Shown piece by piece: positions 29,491-39,117 of a stretch of 64,000 nt of DNA; position 1 is the stretch's first letter; every line of letters begins with the position of its first letter. Below the pieces are notes generated by a model that was given only the letters and a program-made list of their open reading frames with translations, had not been told where the DNA came from and did not search any database. The DNA is from Holophagales bacterium. Its GTDB lineage: Bacteria; Acidobacteriota; Thermoanaerobaculia; UBA5066. Location of the stretch: assembly GCA_016714815.1 (NCBI GenBank), contig JADKBZ010000003.1, positions 544,038 to 608,037 on the forward strand. Direction: 5' to 3'. A program made the translations under genes and the position numbers.

Positions 29491-30741
29491 TCACTTCCCG
29501 GCCGGCTCCTCCGCGAACTTCCCGATCTCCCCGGGGAGCTTCGCCGGGTACTCCCAGAGGCCCGGGGTCGAGACGAGATAGATCAGGACCTTCATCGACT
29601 TCATCGACTCCGGGTCCCGCAGAAGGTCCTTGAACGGAGAGGACCCGCCGGAGGCGTGGAGGTCGCGGATCGGAAGGTTGAGGCGGTGGGAGAGGTTCGC
29701 CTCGAGGCCGTTGTTGAAGCTGTCTCCCGCCAGCGCGATGGGCGAGGTCTCCGACGTGAGCGGAGCGTTGCGGATCGGCTCGACGAGCTCGACGTCGTAC
29801 TTGAGAAGCGGCTTAACCCTCGTTGCCTGCCCGGGGGCCAGGGCCCCCGCCGCCGCCGAGACGGCCGCGAGGTCCCGCCGCTCCACCCAGGAACGGTAGA
29901 GATGCGGGCCGGCCTGGGCCTTCCTCACGACGGGGTACCGCCGCAGGCGTTTGACGATCTCGTCGAGGGCGACCCTCTGCCCCTCCCACGCCCAGTGCGG
30001 ATCGGCGAACTGGTAGAGCGACGGTCCCGCCTTCTTCCTCGCCTCGAGGAAGAGGGGCAGCAGGTCGACCACCTCGACTCCCTTGTCCAGGAGGTCATGG
30101 ATCGCGCGGCGCATCTGGGGAGCGACGATCCGATCGGCAGGGGTCGCCGCGATGAAGTGTTCGGGGTAGACCTCCGTCATCTTCGGCACCGGGACGAAGA
30201 TCAGGTCGACGCCGTGCGACGCGAGCCACCGCGAGATCGCGTCGATCGATGAGACGAAGGCCGTCTGGGAGATGAAGGCGTCCGTCGAGAGGGGCGCGTT
30301 CGCGAGATACCGCAGGTAGTTGGAGGGCCAGGCCTCGAACCGGGGGGGATCCCCGAGAGATTCCAGAACCTCGTACCGCGCCTCCGAAGGCCCTTTCGCT
30401 TTCGGGTTGTTCGGCGTGGCCGCGACGATCCTCGCCCGGAGGTCCACGCGGAACGGCTCGAGGGAGGCGTTCCACTCGTCCCACGAGCCGGCTCCCGAGG
30501 CGGCGAGCTGTCCGAGGACGACGTTCTTCGCTTCGAGGATGCTCTTCTCGCGCTCGCGGGCCGGATCGATCGGACTCTTCGCCGCCTTCGCGGAGGGTCG
30601 CGTGGCCGGCGGGGCGGGCGCCGGGCCTGCGAGCGCCGTGGCCGACGAGAGGGCAAGGAGAAGGACGAGGGGAAGGACGCGGTGGAGGGCAAGGCGAAGG
30701 GATAGGTCGAGGCCGGGCGGAAGCGCGGTCCTTTGGCTCAT
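29491..30741 (-). CDS. AlgX/AlgJ-like SGNH polysaccharide O-acetyltransferase, paralog 2
   Basis: Signal peptide; DPHW motif (FADPHWAWEG) and GDSF motif. Starts at ATG 30741, overlapping the stop of the upstream paralog (ATGA). The tracked 983-aa ORF is an over-extension. Confidence 0.75.
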   Translation of the reverse strand: MSQRTALPPGLDLSLRLALHRVLPLVLLLALSSATALAGPAPAPPATRPSAKAAKSPIDPAREREKSILEAKNVVLGQLAASGAGSWDEWNASLEPFRVDLRARIVAATPNNPKAKGPSEARYEVLESLGDPPRFEAWPSNYLRYLANAPLSTDAFISQTAFVSSIDAISRWLASHGVDLIFVPVPKMTEVYPEHFIAATPADRIVAPQMRRAIHDLLDKGVEVVDLLPLFLEARKKAGPSLYQFADPHWAWEGQRVALDEIVKRLRRYPVVRKAQAGPHLYRSWVERRDLAAVSAAAGALAPGQATRVKPLLKYDVELVEPIRNAPLTSETSPIALAGDSFNNGLEANLSHRLNLPIRDLHASGGSSPFKDLLRDPESMKSMKVLIYLVSTPGLWEYPAKLPGEIGKFAEEPAGK

Positions 30742-32522
30742 TCGATCTCCCATTTGACGGCGTAGTAGGGGATCCGCTCCAGGTCGTCGAGGTCGTCGAC
30801 GCGGCGGATCGACCGGATCTCGGGGCCAGCCTCCCGGAACGGGACGACGCGGACCTTGAGGAGCGTCTCCGGGGTGAAGCTCGCGGGCGGGAGCCACTCG
30901 TTCTCCTTCATCGCGAGGAAGACGACGATCGCGTAGCGGTCGGTCCAGCGGCCCGACTCGACGCTTTGCACCTCGAGCCGGACGGTCGAGAGGCAGTCGG
31001 CGTACGGAGCGCTGTACGGGGCCGGCACGGGAGAGATCTGAAGCACGCGCGCCCGGAGGACGATCGGCTCGGCGACCGGGGCCGGCCGCGCGGCGGCGGC
31101 GGGGATCGCGGTGGGGCGAGCGCCCGCCTCCGCGCGGTTCGGCGCCGCGGCCGCGGTTGGCCGCTCCGGCCCAGCCGGCGACGCGGCCACGGGCGGGGCG
31201 CTTTCCGCGACGGGCACCTTCTTCGCAGGAGCCGGCGGAATCGGGATGACCTTCCAGTTCTCGGTCGTCAGGTCCCGGTCGGCGAACTCGTAGACGACGA
31301 CCCGGGCTCGCTCGAGCCTCTCGCGGCCACCAGGGCCCGCGATCTCGGCCCGGGCCGCGTCCGCGCCCCCGCCGTTGATCGCCACGACGTCGATCGGAAG
31401 GCCGAGCGCGAGGGAGAGATGCTCGCCGAAGCCCGCGCTCGCGCCCCATCCCAGGGAGCTGTCCGAGTAAATGTTGGTAAAGCTGTCCCCGAGGAGGACG
31501 ACCTCCGACCCGATCGACGCGCGCCAGGGGCCTCCGTCCGCCGCCGTGGCGACCCGGTGCGCGACGACCTCCTGGGGTGAAAAGACTTTCTGGTTCTCCG
31601 GCAGACGGAGCATCCCGAGAAGATCGCCGCCGCTGGACCGGAGCTCGCGTTCGACCTTCCACGGCGAGGGGAAGGCGGCGGCCGGAAGGGAGACCTTCCT
31701 GCGGATCAGGGCCGCGAGGTCGGCGGCGGCCAGCTCCATCAGCGGCGGCGTCCAATGGGTGTCCGCGCGCAGGTAGCGCTGGCCCGGCCCGGGGACGGAC
31801 GCCGGATCGAGAGCGAAGACCTCGATCCCTTGCCGGCGCAGGCCCGCGACGAAGCTCTCCGTGCCGCGGTTCGAGGGCCGGAAGCCGGGCGGCGACCCTT
31901 CGAATCGACGGCCGAGGTGCGTGGGCTCCATCGAGACCTTGTCGGGGACCGGGAAGAGGACGAGCTCGATACCGCGTGCCGCGAGATCGGAGCGAAGCCG
32001 GAGGAGCGCCGGTCCCGGATCCGGGCTCGGCTCCGCCTCGAGGCTCCTGTCGACCATCTTCTTCCTCCGGCGGCGGAGCGCGTCGGGGTCGGTGATCGCG
32101 GGTCCCGTGACGAAATCGAGGCCGGGCTGGTAGTAGAGCCACCCGCTGTCGCCGACGAAGACCTTGCTGTTTCCGGCGCCGAGGACGCCCGTCAGGAACG
32201 TCTGGGTGTTCCTCTGGACGAACGACCGCAATCCGCTGGCGTTCTCGAGCCGGGTTTCCCACGACCGGAGCGTCTCGGCCGACGGGATCGAGGAGAGGAT
32301 CCGGGAGCCGAGAGACGGCGCGCTTCGCGGCGCCGCCCGCGCGACGGCGGGGACCGGGGGATCGGTGCTCCTTCCAAGGCCGCCCAGCTGGAGGAGCGGA
32401 ACCGCGAAGAGGATCAGGAGGAACGGACCGACGAGGAGCCACGCCGTCGGCTTCTCGACCCGGGTTCCGAGGAGATCTTCGAGGCTCTCGTCTTCCGAGA
32501 AGGATGCGTGCCGTTTCGCCAT
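30738..32522 (-). CDS. AlgX/AlgJ-like SGNH polysaccharide O-acetyltransferase, paralog 1 (membrane-anchored)
   Basis: N-terminal TM, DTHW motif (RADTHWTPP), GDSF motif, Pro/Ala-rich linker and a C-terminal beta-rich domain. Confidence 0.75.
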   Translation of the reverse strand: MAKRHASFSEDESLEDLLGTRVEKPTAWLLVGPFLLILFAVPLLQLGGLGRSTDPPVPAVARAAPRSAPSLGSRILSSIPSAETLRSWETRLENASGLRSFVQRNTQTFLTGVLGAGNSKVFVGDSGWLYYQPGLDFVTGPAITDPDALRRRRKKMVDRSLEAEPSPDPGPALLRLRSDLAARGIELVLFPVPDKVSMEPTHLGRRFEGSPPGFRPSNRGTESFVAGLRRQGIEVFALDPASVPGPGQRYLRADTHWTPPLMELAAADLAALIRRKVSLPAAAFPSPWKVERELRSSGGDLLGMLRLPENQKVFSPQEVVAHRVATAADGGPWRASIGSEVVLLGDSFTNIYSDSSLGWGASAGFGEHLSLALGLPIDVVAINGGGADAARAEIAGPGGRERLERARVVVYEFADRDLTTENWKVIPIPPAPAKKVPVAESAPPVAASPAGPERPTAAAAPNRAEAGARPTAIPAAAARPAPVAEPIVLRARVLQISPVPAPYSAPYADCLSTVRLEVQSVESGRWTDRYAIVVFLAMKENEWLPPASFTPETLLKVRVVPFREAGPEIRSIRRVDDLDDLERIPYYAVKWEIE

Positions 32523-32541
32523 ATCGCTTCCGTCCTCTCCT

Positions 32542-33999
32542 TCAGAACTGGTAGTAGAGGAACGGATTCGTCGTCTGGGTCCACATGATCATGATGCTCA
32601 GGAAGAGAACGGCGAGGCAGCCGGCGGCCTTCAGCGGCGTCAGGCGGCGCGTGAAATCCCAGACCTGGGGGAGCGTCCAGACGACGAGCGCCGAGAGCAG
32701 CGTCATCGTCACGTGGTAGGGCGTGTAGATCGTCGCCGCCACGGCCAGCGCCCCCGCGGGGACCTCGGCCAGGCCGACGAGGGAGCGGAAGTAGCTGACG
32801 GCCTGGGGGAGCGTCTCGGCCCGGAAGAAGACCCACGCGAGGCACGTCACGCCGAACGTGATGGCGATCCGGAGCGGCGCGGGCAGCTTTCGGTACGGGC
32901 TGTCCTCGTCCATGAGCCGCTCCGCGGCGAGGAGCAGGCCCTGCATCGCGCCCCAGATGACGAAGTTCCACGAGGCGCCGTGCCAGAGCCCGCCGACGAG
33001 CATGACGGTGAGGAGGTTCACGTAGGTCCTCACCTCGCCGCGCCGGTTCCCGCCGAGCGGGACGTAGAGGTAGTCCCGGAGCCACGTGGAGAGCGAGATG
33101 TGCCAGCGCCGCCAGAAGTCGGTGATGCTCTCGGCCAGGTAGGGGTCGTCGAAGTTCTTCATGAAGGCGAAGCCGAGCATCAGCCCGAGACCCACCGCCA
33201 TGTCGGAGTAGCCCGAGAAGTCGAAGTAGATCTGGAAGGCGTAGGCGACGATCCCGTACCACGCGTCGTACCAGACGAGGCTCCCGGCGTTGAAGGCGGC
33301 GTCCGCCACGTGCCCCATCGGGTTCGCCAGGAGGGTCTTCTTCCCCAGCCCGAGGGAGAAGAACGCGACGCCGCGGGCGAACCTGTCGACGTTGAACGTC
33401 CGGTGCCGGATCTGCTCGGCGACCGTCTGGTACCTGACGATCGGCCCGGCGATGAGCTGCGGGAAGAGCGCGACGAAGAGCTGGAAGTCGACCGGGTTCT
33501 TCAGCGGGCGCGCCGCGCCGCGGTAGACGTCGATGGCGTAGCTCATCGACTGGAACGTGTAGAAGGAGACGCCGACCGGAAGGGCGACGTTGAGAACCGG
33601 CAGGCCGAGCGGGCCGAGCCCCAGCCCGGCGGCGGCGGCCTCGAGGTTGGTGACCCCGAAGTCGTAGTACTTGAAGAACGCCAGGATCCCGATGTTGGAG
33701 ACCAGGGACGTGACGAGGCAGAGCCTCTGCCGCCGGTTGCGCGGCTCCCCCTTCGGCAGGAAGGGCAGATCGGCGCCGGAGAGCGAGTGGCCTCCGAAAT
33801 GGACGAGCCCGAGCCCGCAGAAGTAATCGACGTACGAGCTCGCGAGCATGAGGAGGATCCAAACGGGATTCGCCCAGCCGTAGAACAGGTAGCTGAGGAC
33901 CGTCAGGACGGCAGAGAGCGACCGGAACGGGAGGAGGGTGTTGCAGGCGAGGACGACCGGCAGGAAAAAGAAGAGGAAGACGTGGGAGCTGAAAACCAT
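32542..33999 (-). CDS. MBOAT family membrane O-acyltransferase (AlgI/DltB-like)
   Basis: Multi-TM protein with the conserved MBOAT His (VMLVGGLWHGASWNFVIWG). Sits directly upstream of the two AlgX/J-like genes. Confidence 0.85.
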   Translation of the reverse strand: MVFSSHVFLFFFLPVVLACNTLLPFRSLSAVLTVLSYLFYGWANPVWILLMLASSYVDYFCGLGLVHFGGHSLSGADLPFLPKGEPRNRRQRLCLVTSLVSNIGILAFFKYYDFGVTNLEAAAAGLGLGPLGLPVLNVALPVGVSFYTFQSMSYAIDVYRGAARPLKNPVDFQLFVALFPQLIAGPIVRYQTVAEQIRHRTFNVDRFARGVAFFSLGLGKKTLLANPMGHVADAAFNAGSLVWYDAWYGIVAYAFQIYFDFSGYSDMAVGLGLMLGFAFMKNFDDPYLAESITDFWRRWHISLSTWLRDYLYVPLGGNRRGEVRTYVNLLTVMLVGGLWHGASWNFVIWGAMQGLLLAAERLMDEDSPYRKLPAPLRIAITFGVTCLAWVFFRAETLPQAVSYFRSLVGLAEVPAGALAVAATIYTPYHVTMTLLSALVVWTLPQVWDFTRRLTPLKAAGCLAVLFLSIMIMWTQTTNPFLYYQF

Positions 34000-34246
34000 C
34001 TCGATTCGGCGCGGAGCTTACGCGACGGAGGCCGATCCCGTTCTTCGCGTACCTGGCGGTTGCCGCATGGGCCCCTCTTTCGTCGGACCGCTTCCGGTCA
34101 TCGGCGCACTCCTCCTGCAGATGTGGGGTTTCGACGCGAAATCCCACGATGCGTCCCTTCTCCCCGGCGGCGAGCCCGATCTGGTCCTTCCTGATCTGGC
34201 CCTTCCTTGCGGGGTCGAGCAGACACCCCTATCCTCTCTCGCGCTG

Positions 34247-37200
34247 ATGAGAGGCCTCACTTCCCTCCTCCTGGCCGTCGTCCTCGGGATTTCCCTTCGC
34301 GCCGCCGCCGACACCTACGACACCCACACCCTCGTGGCCGTCACGACCCGCGGCGACGCCGACGTCCGCGCGCTTCGCGACGCCGGAGCCGACGTCGTCG
34401 GGCGAAAAGGGAACGTCTACAAGGCGCTCCTGACGCCCGGGCAGCTGGAGAAGCTGACCGCACAGGGCCTGCAGATCGAGGTCCTCCGGGCCGAGATGGA
34501 CGCGGACCGGAAGCGCTGGGCCGAGAACGACGCCGCCTCGCGGGCGAACCTCGCCACCGCCTACTACACGGCCTCGAAGTTCGACCTGGTCAGCCCGCCG
34601 GCGGGGAGCCTGATGGAGCACCTTCTCCAGCAGTACAACGCCCACCCCGGCATCACCCGGCTCTACAACCTCGGCGCCACCCAGGACGGCGCGTACGACG
34701 TCATCGCAATGAAGGTCTCGAAGAACCCCGACGCCGTCGAGGCCGAGCCGAAGATCCGGATCTACGGGAACATCCACGGGGACGAGAAGGGGGGCTGCAT
34801 GGTCGCCTCCGACGTCCTCGACACGATCCTCGCCGGGTACGCCGCCGTCCCCCAGGACGCCACCGCGAAGAAGCTCGTGGACGAGTCGGAGATCTGGTTC
34901 ATCCCGATGGGGAACCCCTACGGCAACGCCCACAACCAGCGCGGCAACGTGAACGGCGTCGACCTGAACCGGAACTTCTGGGGGCCCTCCGGGTCCGACG
35001 CACCCCCCGCCTGGTCGCAGAAGGAGACCCAGATCATCCGCGACCTGACGGAGACGGCGACCGCCGACCACGGCAAGAAGCGGTTCACGACCTCGATCTC
35101 CTTCCACGAGGGGGAGGTCTGCCTCAACTCCATCTGGAACTACACGTCCGCCGCGCCGTCCGACGAGCCGCTCTTCTGGGCCACGCGCAGCGGCGGGAAC
35201 GTCACGCTCGCGGCCGACGGCCTCGCGAAGGCCTACCAGGACGGCGTCACGACACCCGGCTTCTGGTACACGAACGGCTACGACTGGTACCAGACCAGGG
35301 GCGACACGAACGACTGGTCGTACGGTGCGTGGAGCGCTCTCGACACGACGATCGAGCTGAACTCGATCAAGGCGCCCCCCGCCGCGCAGATCCCCACCTA
35401 CTGCGCCCAGCACCGGCAGGCGGTGCTGAACTACATGCTCAAGACGTTCCAGGGGGTCCACGGCGTGATGACCGACCAGTCGTCGGGGGCGCCGCTCGAC
35501 GGGACCGTCTCCGCCACGTGCACGGCATCCTCGACGGTCGCCGTCCCGCACGCCTACCAGGCGATCTACACCGACCCGGTGGCGGGCGACTTCCACCGCG
35601 TCCTGCTGCCCGGCACCTACACGATCACCTGCAAGGCGCCGGGGTACGTCGACACGGTCATCCCCGGCGTCGTGGTGACCGCCGACTCGAAGACCTCGTG
35701 CAACTGCCCCATGACGACGCCGTGCACGAACAATCCGACCGCGGTGAACGTCGCCCCGGCCGGACCGCTCGTCCTCTGCCCCGGGACCGGGCAGACCCTC
35801 ACCGCGAACGTCACCGGGGGGACCGGGCCTTTCACGTACCAGTGGTACGACGGCGCGTCCGCCATCCCCGGCGCAGAGGACCCGACCTACTTCGCCAATG
35901 ACGCCGGCGCCCACTCCTACAGCTGCAAGGTGACCGGCAGCGGCTGCACGGGCGGGATCACCGACCCGACGCCGTCACAGGTGACCTGGCAGGCGGCCCC
36001 GGCCTTCGCCGGCGCCACCTCCGTCACGACCCCCGGGAGCGCTCTCTGTACCCTCACGGTGGGCTGGAGCGCCGCATCGAGCGCCTGTCCCGGAACGGTG
36101 ACCTACAAGGTCTACCGTTCCACCACCTCTCCCGTCTCCGTCGGTCCCGCCAGTCTCGCCGCCTCGGGCCTGACGGGGACGAGCTACGACGACACGAGCG
36201 CCCTCGCGAACGGAGCGCGCTACTACTACGTCGTCCGCGCCGTGAGCGGCGCGGGGGTCGAGGACGCAAACACCGTCGAGAGGAGCGCAATCCCCGCTGG
36301 GCCGCTCGTGACCGGGGACTGGATCGCGGGGGCCGAGACGGGCGGTCCCGCGCTGACTCTCAACGCGCCCTGGGGCCTTTCCACGACCTACAAGCGGACG
36401 GGGACGAGCAGCTACTCGACGGGGTCGGGAGGGACGTACGCGGACGGAGCCTGTGGCGGGCTGACCACTCCCCCGCTCGTTCTCGGCGCCGGTTCCGTCC
36501 TCACCTTCCACCACATCTACTCCACGGAGACCGGCTACGACGGCGGACGGGTGGAGATTTCGACGAACGGGGGAGGCTCCTGGGCCCCCCTGACGCCTTC
36601 GCCGGCATATCCCGGGAACATCATCCACACCACGGCCTGCGGGTGGTCGAACCCGACTCCCTGCTACATCGGCGACTCCTCCGGGTATCCGGCGACGTGG
36701 CAGCTCGCGACGATCAACCTCGCGGCCTGGGGCGGCCAGACGGCTCTCCTCCGGTGGAACTTCACGACGGACACCAGCCAGGATGGCTCCCTGGCCAACC
36801 CCGGCTGGTACGTGGACGACATCAAGGTCACCGGCGTCCAGGTGCCCGGCCCGTGCTCGGGCGCGGCCACGGCGCTCTCCTTCCACGAGCTCCCCCCGTG
36901 CCGGGTCATCGACACGCGCGGCGCGACCGGGCCTCTCGGCGGGCCGGTCCTGGCCGCCGGCATCTCGGTGCGGACCTTCCCCGTGACGGGAACCTGCGGC
37001 ATCCCGGCCACGGCGAAAGCTCTCTCGGTGAACCAGACCGTGACCGAGCCCGCCGCAACCGGCTTCCTCCGCGTCTACCCGGGCGACCTGACCGGCGCGC
37101 AGGTCCCGATCACGAGCGCGGTCAGTTTCTCGGCTGGAAAGACCCGCGCGAACAACGGGATCCTCGGCCTCGCCGGAAACGGGAACGGGACGATCGCGGT

Positions 37201-37264
37201 CGAGAACGACGCCGTCGGCGGAACGGTCCACTTCATCCTGGACGTCAACGGATACTTCGAGTAG
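34247..37264 (+). CDS. Secreted M14 zinc carboxypeptidase with Fn3/Ig-like and MAM-like domains and a C-terminal PPCRxxDTR...LDVNGYFE module
   Basis: Signal peptide; M14 motifs (IHGDEKGG, NPYG, NRNF, HEGE); two Fn3-like domains (YKVYRSTTSP..); LLRWNF..GWYVDDIKV; C-terminus PPCRVIDTRGA...CGIPATA...TRANNGILGL...HFILDVNGYFE. Confidence 0.8.
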   Translation: MRGLTSLLLAVVLGISLRAAADTYDTHTLVAVTTRGDADVRALRDAGADVVGRKGNVYKALLTPGQLEKLTAQGLQIEVLRAEMDADRKRWAENDAASRANLATAYYTASKFDLVSPPAGSLMEHLLQQYNAHPGITRLYNLGATQDGAYDVIAMKVSKNPDAVEAEPKIRIYGNIHGDEKGGCMVASDVLDTILAGYAAVPQDATAKKLVDESEIWFIPMGNPYGNAHNQRGNVNGVDLNRNFWGPSGSDAPPAWSQKETQIIRDLTETATADHGKKRFTTSISFHEGEVCLNSIWNYTSAAPSDEPLFWATRSGGNVTLAADGLAKAYQDGVTTPGFWYTNGYDWYQTRGDTNDWSYGAWSALDTTIELNSIKAPPAAQIPTYCAQHRQAVLNYMLKTFQGVHGVMTDQSSGAPLDGTVSATCTASSTVAVPHAYQAIYTDPVAGDFHRVLLPGTYTITCKAPGYVDTVIPGVVVTADSKTSCNCPMTTPCTNNPTAVNVAPAGPLVLCPGTGQTLTANVTGGTGPFTYQWYDGASAIPGAEDPTYFANDAGAHSYSCKVTGSGCTGGITDPTPSQVTWQAAPAFAGATSVTTPGSALCTLTVGWSAASSACPGTVTYKVYRSTTSPVSVGPASLAASGLTGTSYDDTSALANGARYYYVVRAVSGAGVEDANTVERSAIPAGPLVTGDWIAGAETGGPALTLNAPWGLSTTYKRTGTSSYSTGSGGTYADGACGGLTTPPLVLGAGSVLTFHHIYSTETGYDGGRVEISTNGGGSWAPLTPSPAYPGNIIHTTACGWSNPTPCYIGDSSGYPATWQLATINLAAWGGQTALLRWNFTTDTSQDGSLANPGWYVDDIKVTGVQVPGPCSGAATALSFHELPPCRVIDTRGATGPLGGPVLAAGISVRTFPVTGTCGIPATAKALSVNQTVTEPAATGFLRVYPGDLTGAQVPITSAVSFSAGKTRANNGILGLAGNGNGTIAVENDAVGGTVHFILDVNGYFE

Positions 37265-37285
37265 CGGCGGCCGGCGCGCCGCCGT

Positions 37286-39088
37286 CTACCGGACGCGCGC
37301 GCCGTTTCCGCCCGAGGGCGAGTCCTCCGGGACGTCGAGGGTGGCGTATCCGGCGGTCCCGGTGAGCGCGTCGCGGACGGCCACCGAGATCCGGTAGCTC
37401 CCCGGCTTCACGACGAGGGTCGCGGTGATCGGCCAGGTCTTGCCGCGCGCCGACTCGTACTCGCCCTTCGGGACGGCGACGCGATGCTCGGCCTTCAGCA
37501 GGGCCGACTGCTTTCCGTCCGGGCCACGGGTGACGTAGTACGCGGTGGCCTTGCCGACCATCTCGTCCCCCTCCGGCAGCAGGGCGAGCTTCCCGATCGG
37601 GACCGAGATCCGCACCGGCAGCTCCCGGGTCTTCGACGCGCCCTTCTTCCACGCGCCCGCCGACGCGGCGATGCCGAGCAGGTTCTCGGCCGCGTCGAAG
37701 CTCAGTGCCGCCAGGACGCGGTCCTCGATGAGCGCCGGCAGGGACTTCTCGACGAAGCGCCGGCGGTAGTCGAGGCGGCACCCTTTCCGGTTCACGAGCT
37801 CGACCCCGACGGTGTGGACGGCGCTTCGCCCCCCGCGCGGCAGCGGGTAGCCGACGAGGTAATAGCTGTCGAGCTCGCGGGAGAAACGCTCGAGACCGGC
37901 CTTGAAGTCGCCGCCGTTGACGAACGCGGAGCCGCCCGTCTCGGCGGCGATCTTCTGCAGCGGCTCCTGGTAATTCCGGACGTCCCGGCTCCACGTCGCC
38001 GAGGGTCCGCCGGCGCTCTCCGCGTCCCCGGGCGCGACGAGCCCGCGCGCGTCGATGGTGAAGAGGGTCACGCCCGCCGCGGCCGCGCTGACGACGACGT
38101 CGTCGAAGACCTTCTGCTCGCTCCCTTCGCCGGTCATCGCCATGCGCGCGTCGTTCACCTGGCTGCGCGCAGCGGGGAACTCGCGGAAGTAGTCCTCGAA
38201 GGCGCGATAGACGGCCTGGCCCGGCGTACCCGCAAGGCCGTCCGAAACGTAGACGAGGACCTTCCGCCCCGGCATCGCGCTCATCGCCGTGAGGATGGCC
38301 CGGAGGCCCCGGGTCGCGTCGCGCGTCGCGACCCGCTCCGTCTGCTCGAAGGTGCGCACCTCGTCGAGGGCTCCCTGGGCGATGGCCGCGGCCTGCGCGA
38401 CGGCGCTGGGCCGCCCCGTGACGATCACCTGCCGCAGGATCGCCGCCGTGATCCGGAGGTTCGCCGTAACCCGCAAGCGCTCCACGTTCGTGATCGACCA
38501 GCCTCCCGGCTCGTCGCGCAGCCGCCGCAGGGCGGAGACGGCCAGCTCCCGGTCCCCGGTCAGTCCCTGGACGATCTTCGGCCCCCCGACGTGGGTCGTC
38601 ACGGCCACCCGGTCGCCCGGACCGACGCGCGTGCGGACGAAGTCGATCGCGGCGTCGAGCACGGGACCCCGGGTCGCGGTGCTGAGGTTGGCGTTGTCGA
38701 CGTAGAAGTTGAGTGAAAGCCCGGGCCGCTCCGCGACGACGGGAGCTTCGGCGGACGCGACGTCCGGTTTCGAGGGCTCGCCCGTCATCGCGGGAGCACG
38801 GCTCTCTCCCGCGCGCCCATAGCAGGAGAAGTTGGAGAGCTCGACCTGCTTTCCGTCGTGAAGCACCCGAAAGTCCGAGGCCGTCAGCCCGAGGACCGGA
38901 CCATGGGCGTCGGTCACCGAGACCTCGAAGCTGACGAGGTCGACGACCGCCGTCTGCACGAAGCCGGACGCCTCGGCCGGCGCCCGGGGCGCGTCGATCG
39001 CGGCTGGTGTCCCGGCCTGCTGGGAAAGAGCCAGCGAGCCGAACAGGGTCGCGCCGGCGAGGAGCAGCCCCTCGATCTTCATCTTCAT
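37286..39088 (-). CDS. Secreted VWA-domain protein of the VWFA-related Acidobacterial domain family (TIGR03436-like)
   Basis: Signal peptide MKMKIEGLLLAGATLFGSLALS; N-terminal pattern VVDLVSFEVSVTDAHGPVLGLTASDFRVLHDGKQVELSNFS; VWA-like core. The tracked 1089-aa ORF is over-extended. Confidence 0.75.
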   Translation of the reverse strand: MKMKIEGLLLAGATLFGSLALSQQAGTPAAIDAPRAPAEASGFVQTAVVDLVSFEVSVTDAHGPVLGLTASDFRVLHDGKQVELSNFSCYGRAGESRAPAMTGEPSKPDVASAEAPVVAERPGLSLNFYVDNANLSTATRGPVLDAAIDFVRTRVGPGDRVAVTTHVGGPKIVQGLTGDRELAVSALRRLRDEPGGWSITNVERLRVTANLRITAAILRQVIVTGRPSAVAQAAAIAQGALDEVRTFEQTERVATRDATRGLRAILTAMSAMPGRKVLVYVSDGLAGTPGQAVYRAFEDYFREFPAARSQVNDARMAMTGEGSEQKVFDDVVVSAAAAGVTLFTIDARGLVAPGDAESAGGPSATWSRDVRNYQEPLQKIAAETGGSAFVNGGDFKAGLERFSRELDSYYLVGYPLPRGGRSAVHTVGVELVNRKGCRLDYRRRFVEKSLPALIEDRVLAALSFDAAENLLGIAASAGAWKKGASKTRELPVRISVPIGKLALLPEGDEMVGKATAYYVTRGPDGKQSALLKAEHRVAVPKGEYESARGKTWPITATLVVKPGSYRISVAVRDALTGTAGYATLDVPEDSPSGGNGARVR

Positions 39089-39117
39089 CCGGAACCCGGA
39101 CTCCCGGTCCGCCGACT

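Noticed and set aside
29491-32442. 983-aa single ORF spanning both algX-like genes
   Set aside because: Only its 3' part (29491-30741) is a real gene. Upstream of 30741 it reads an alternate frame of the AlgX/J-like paralog 1 gene (30738-32522), which has the DTHW and GDSF motifs; the extension is Arg/Pro-rich.
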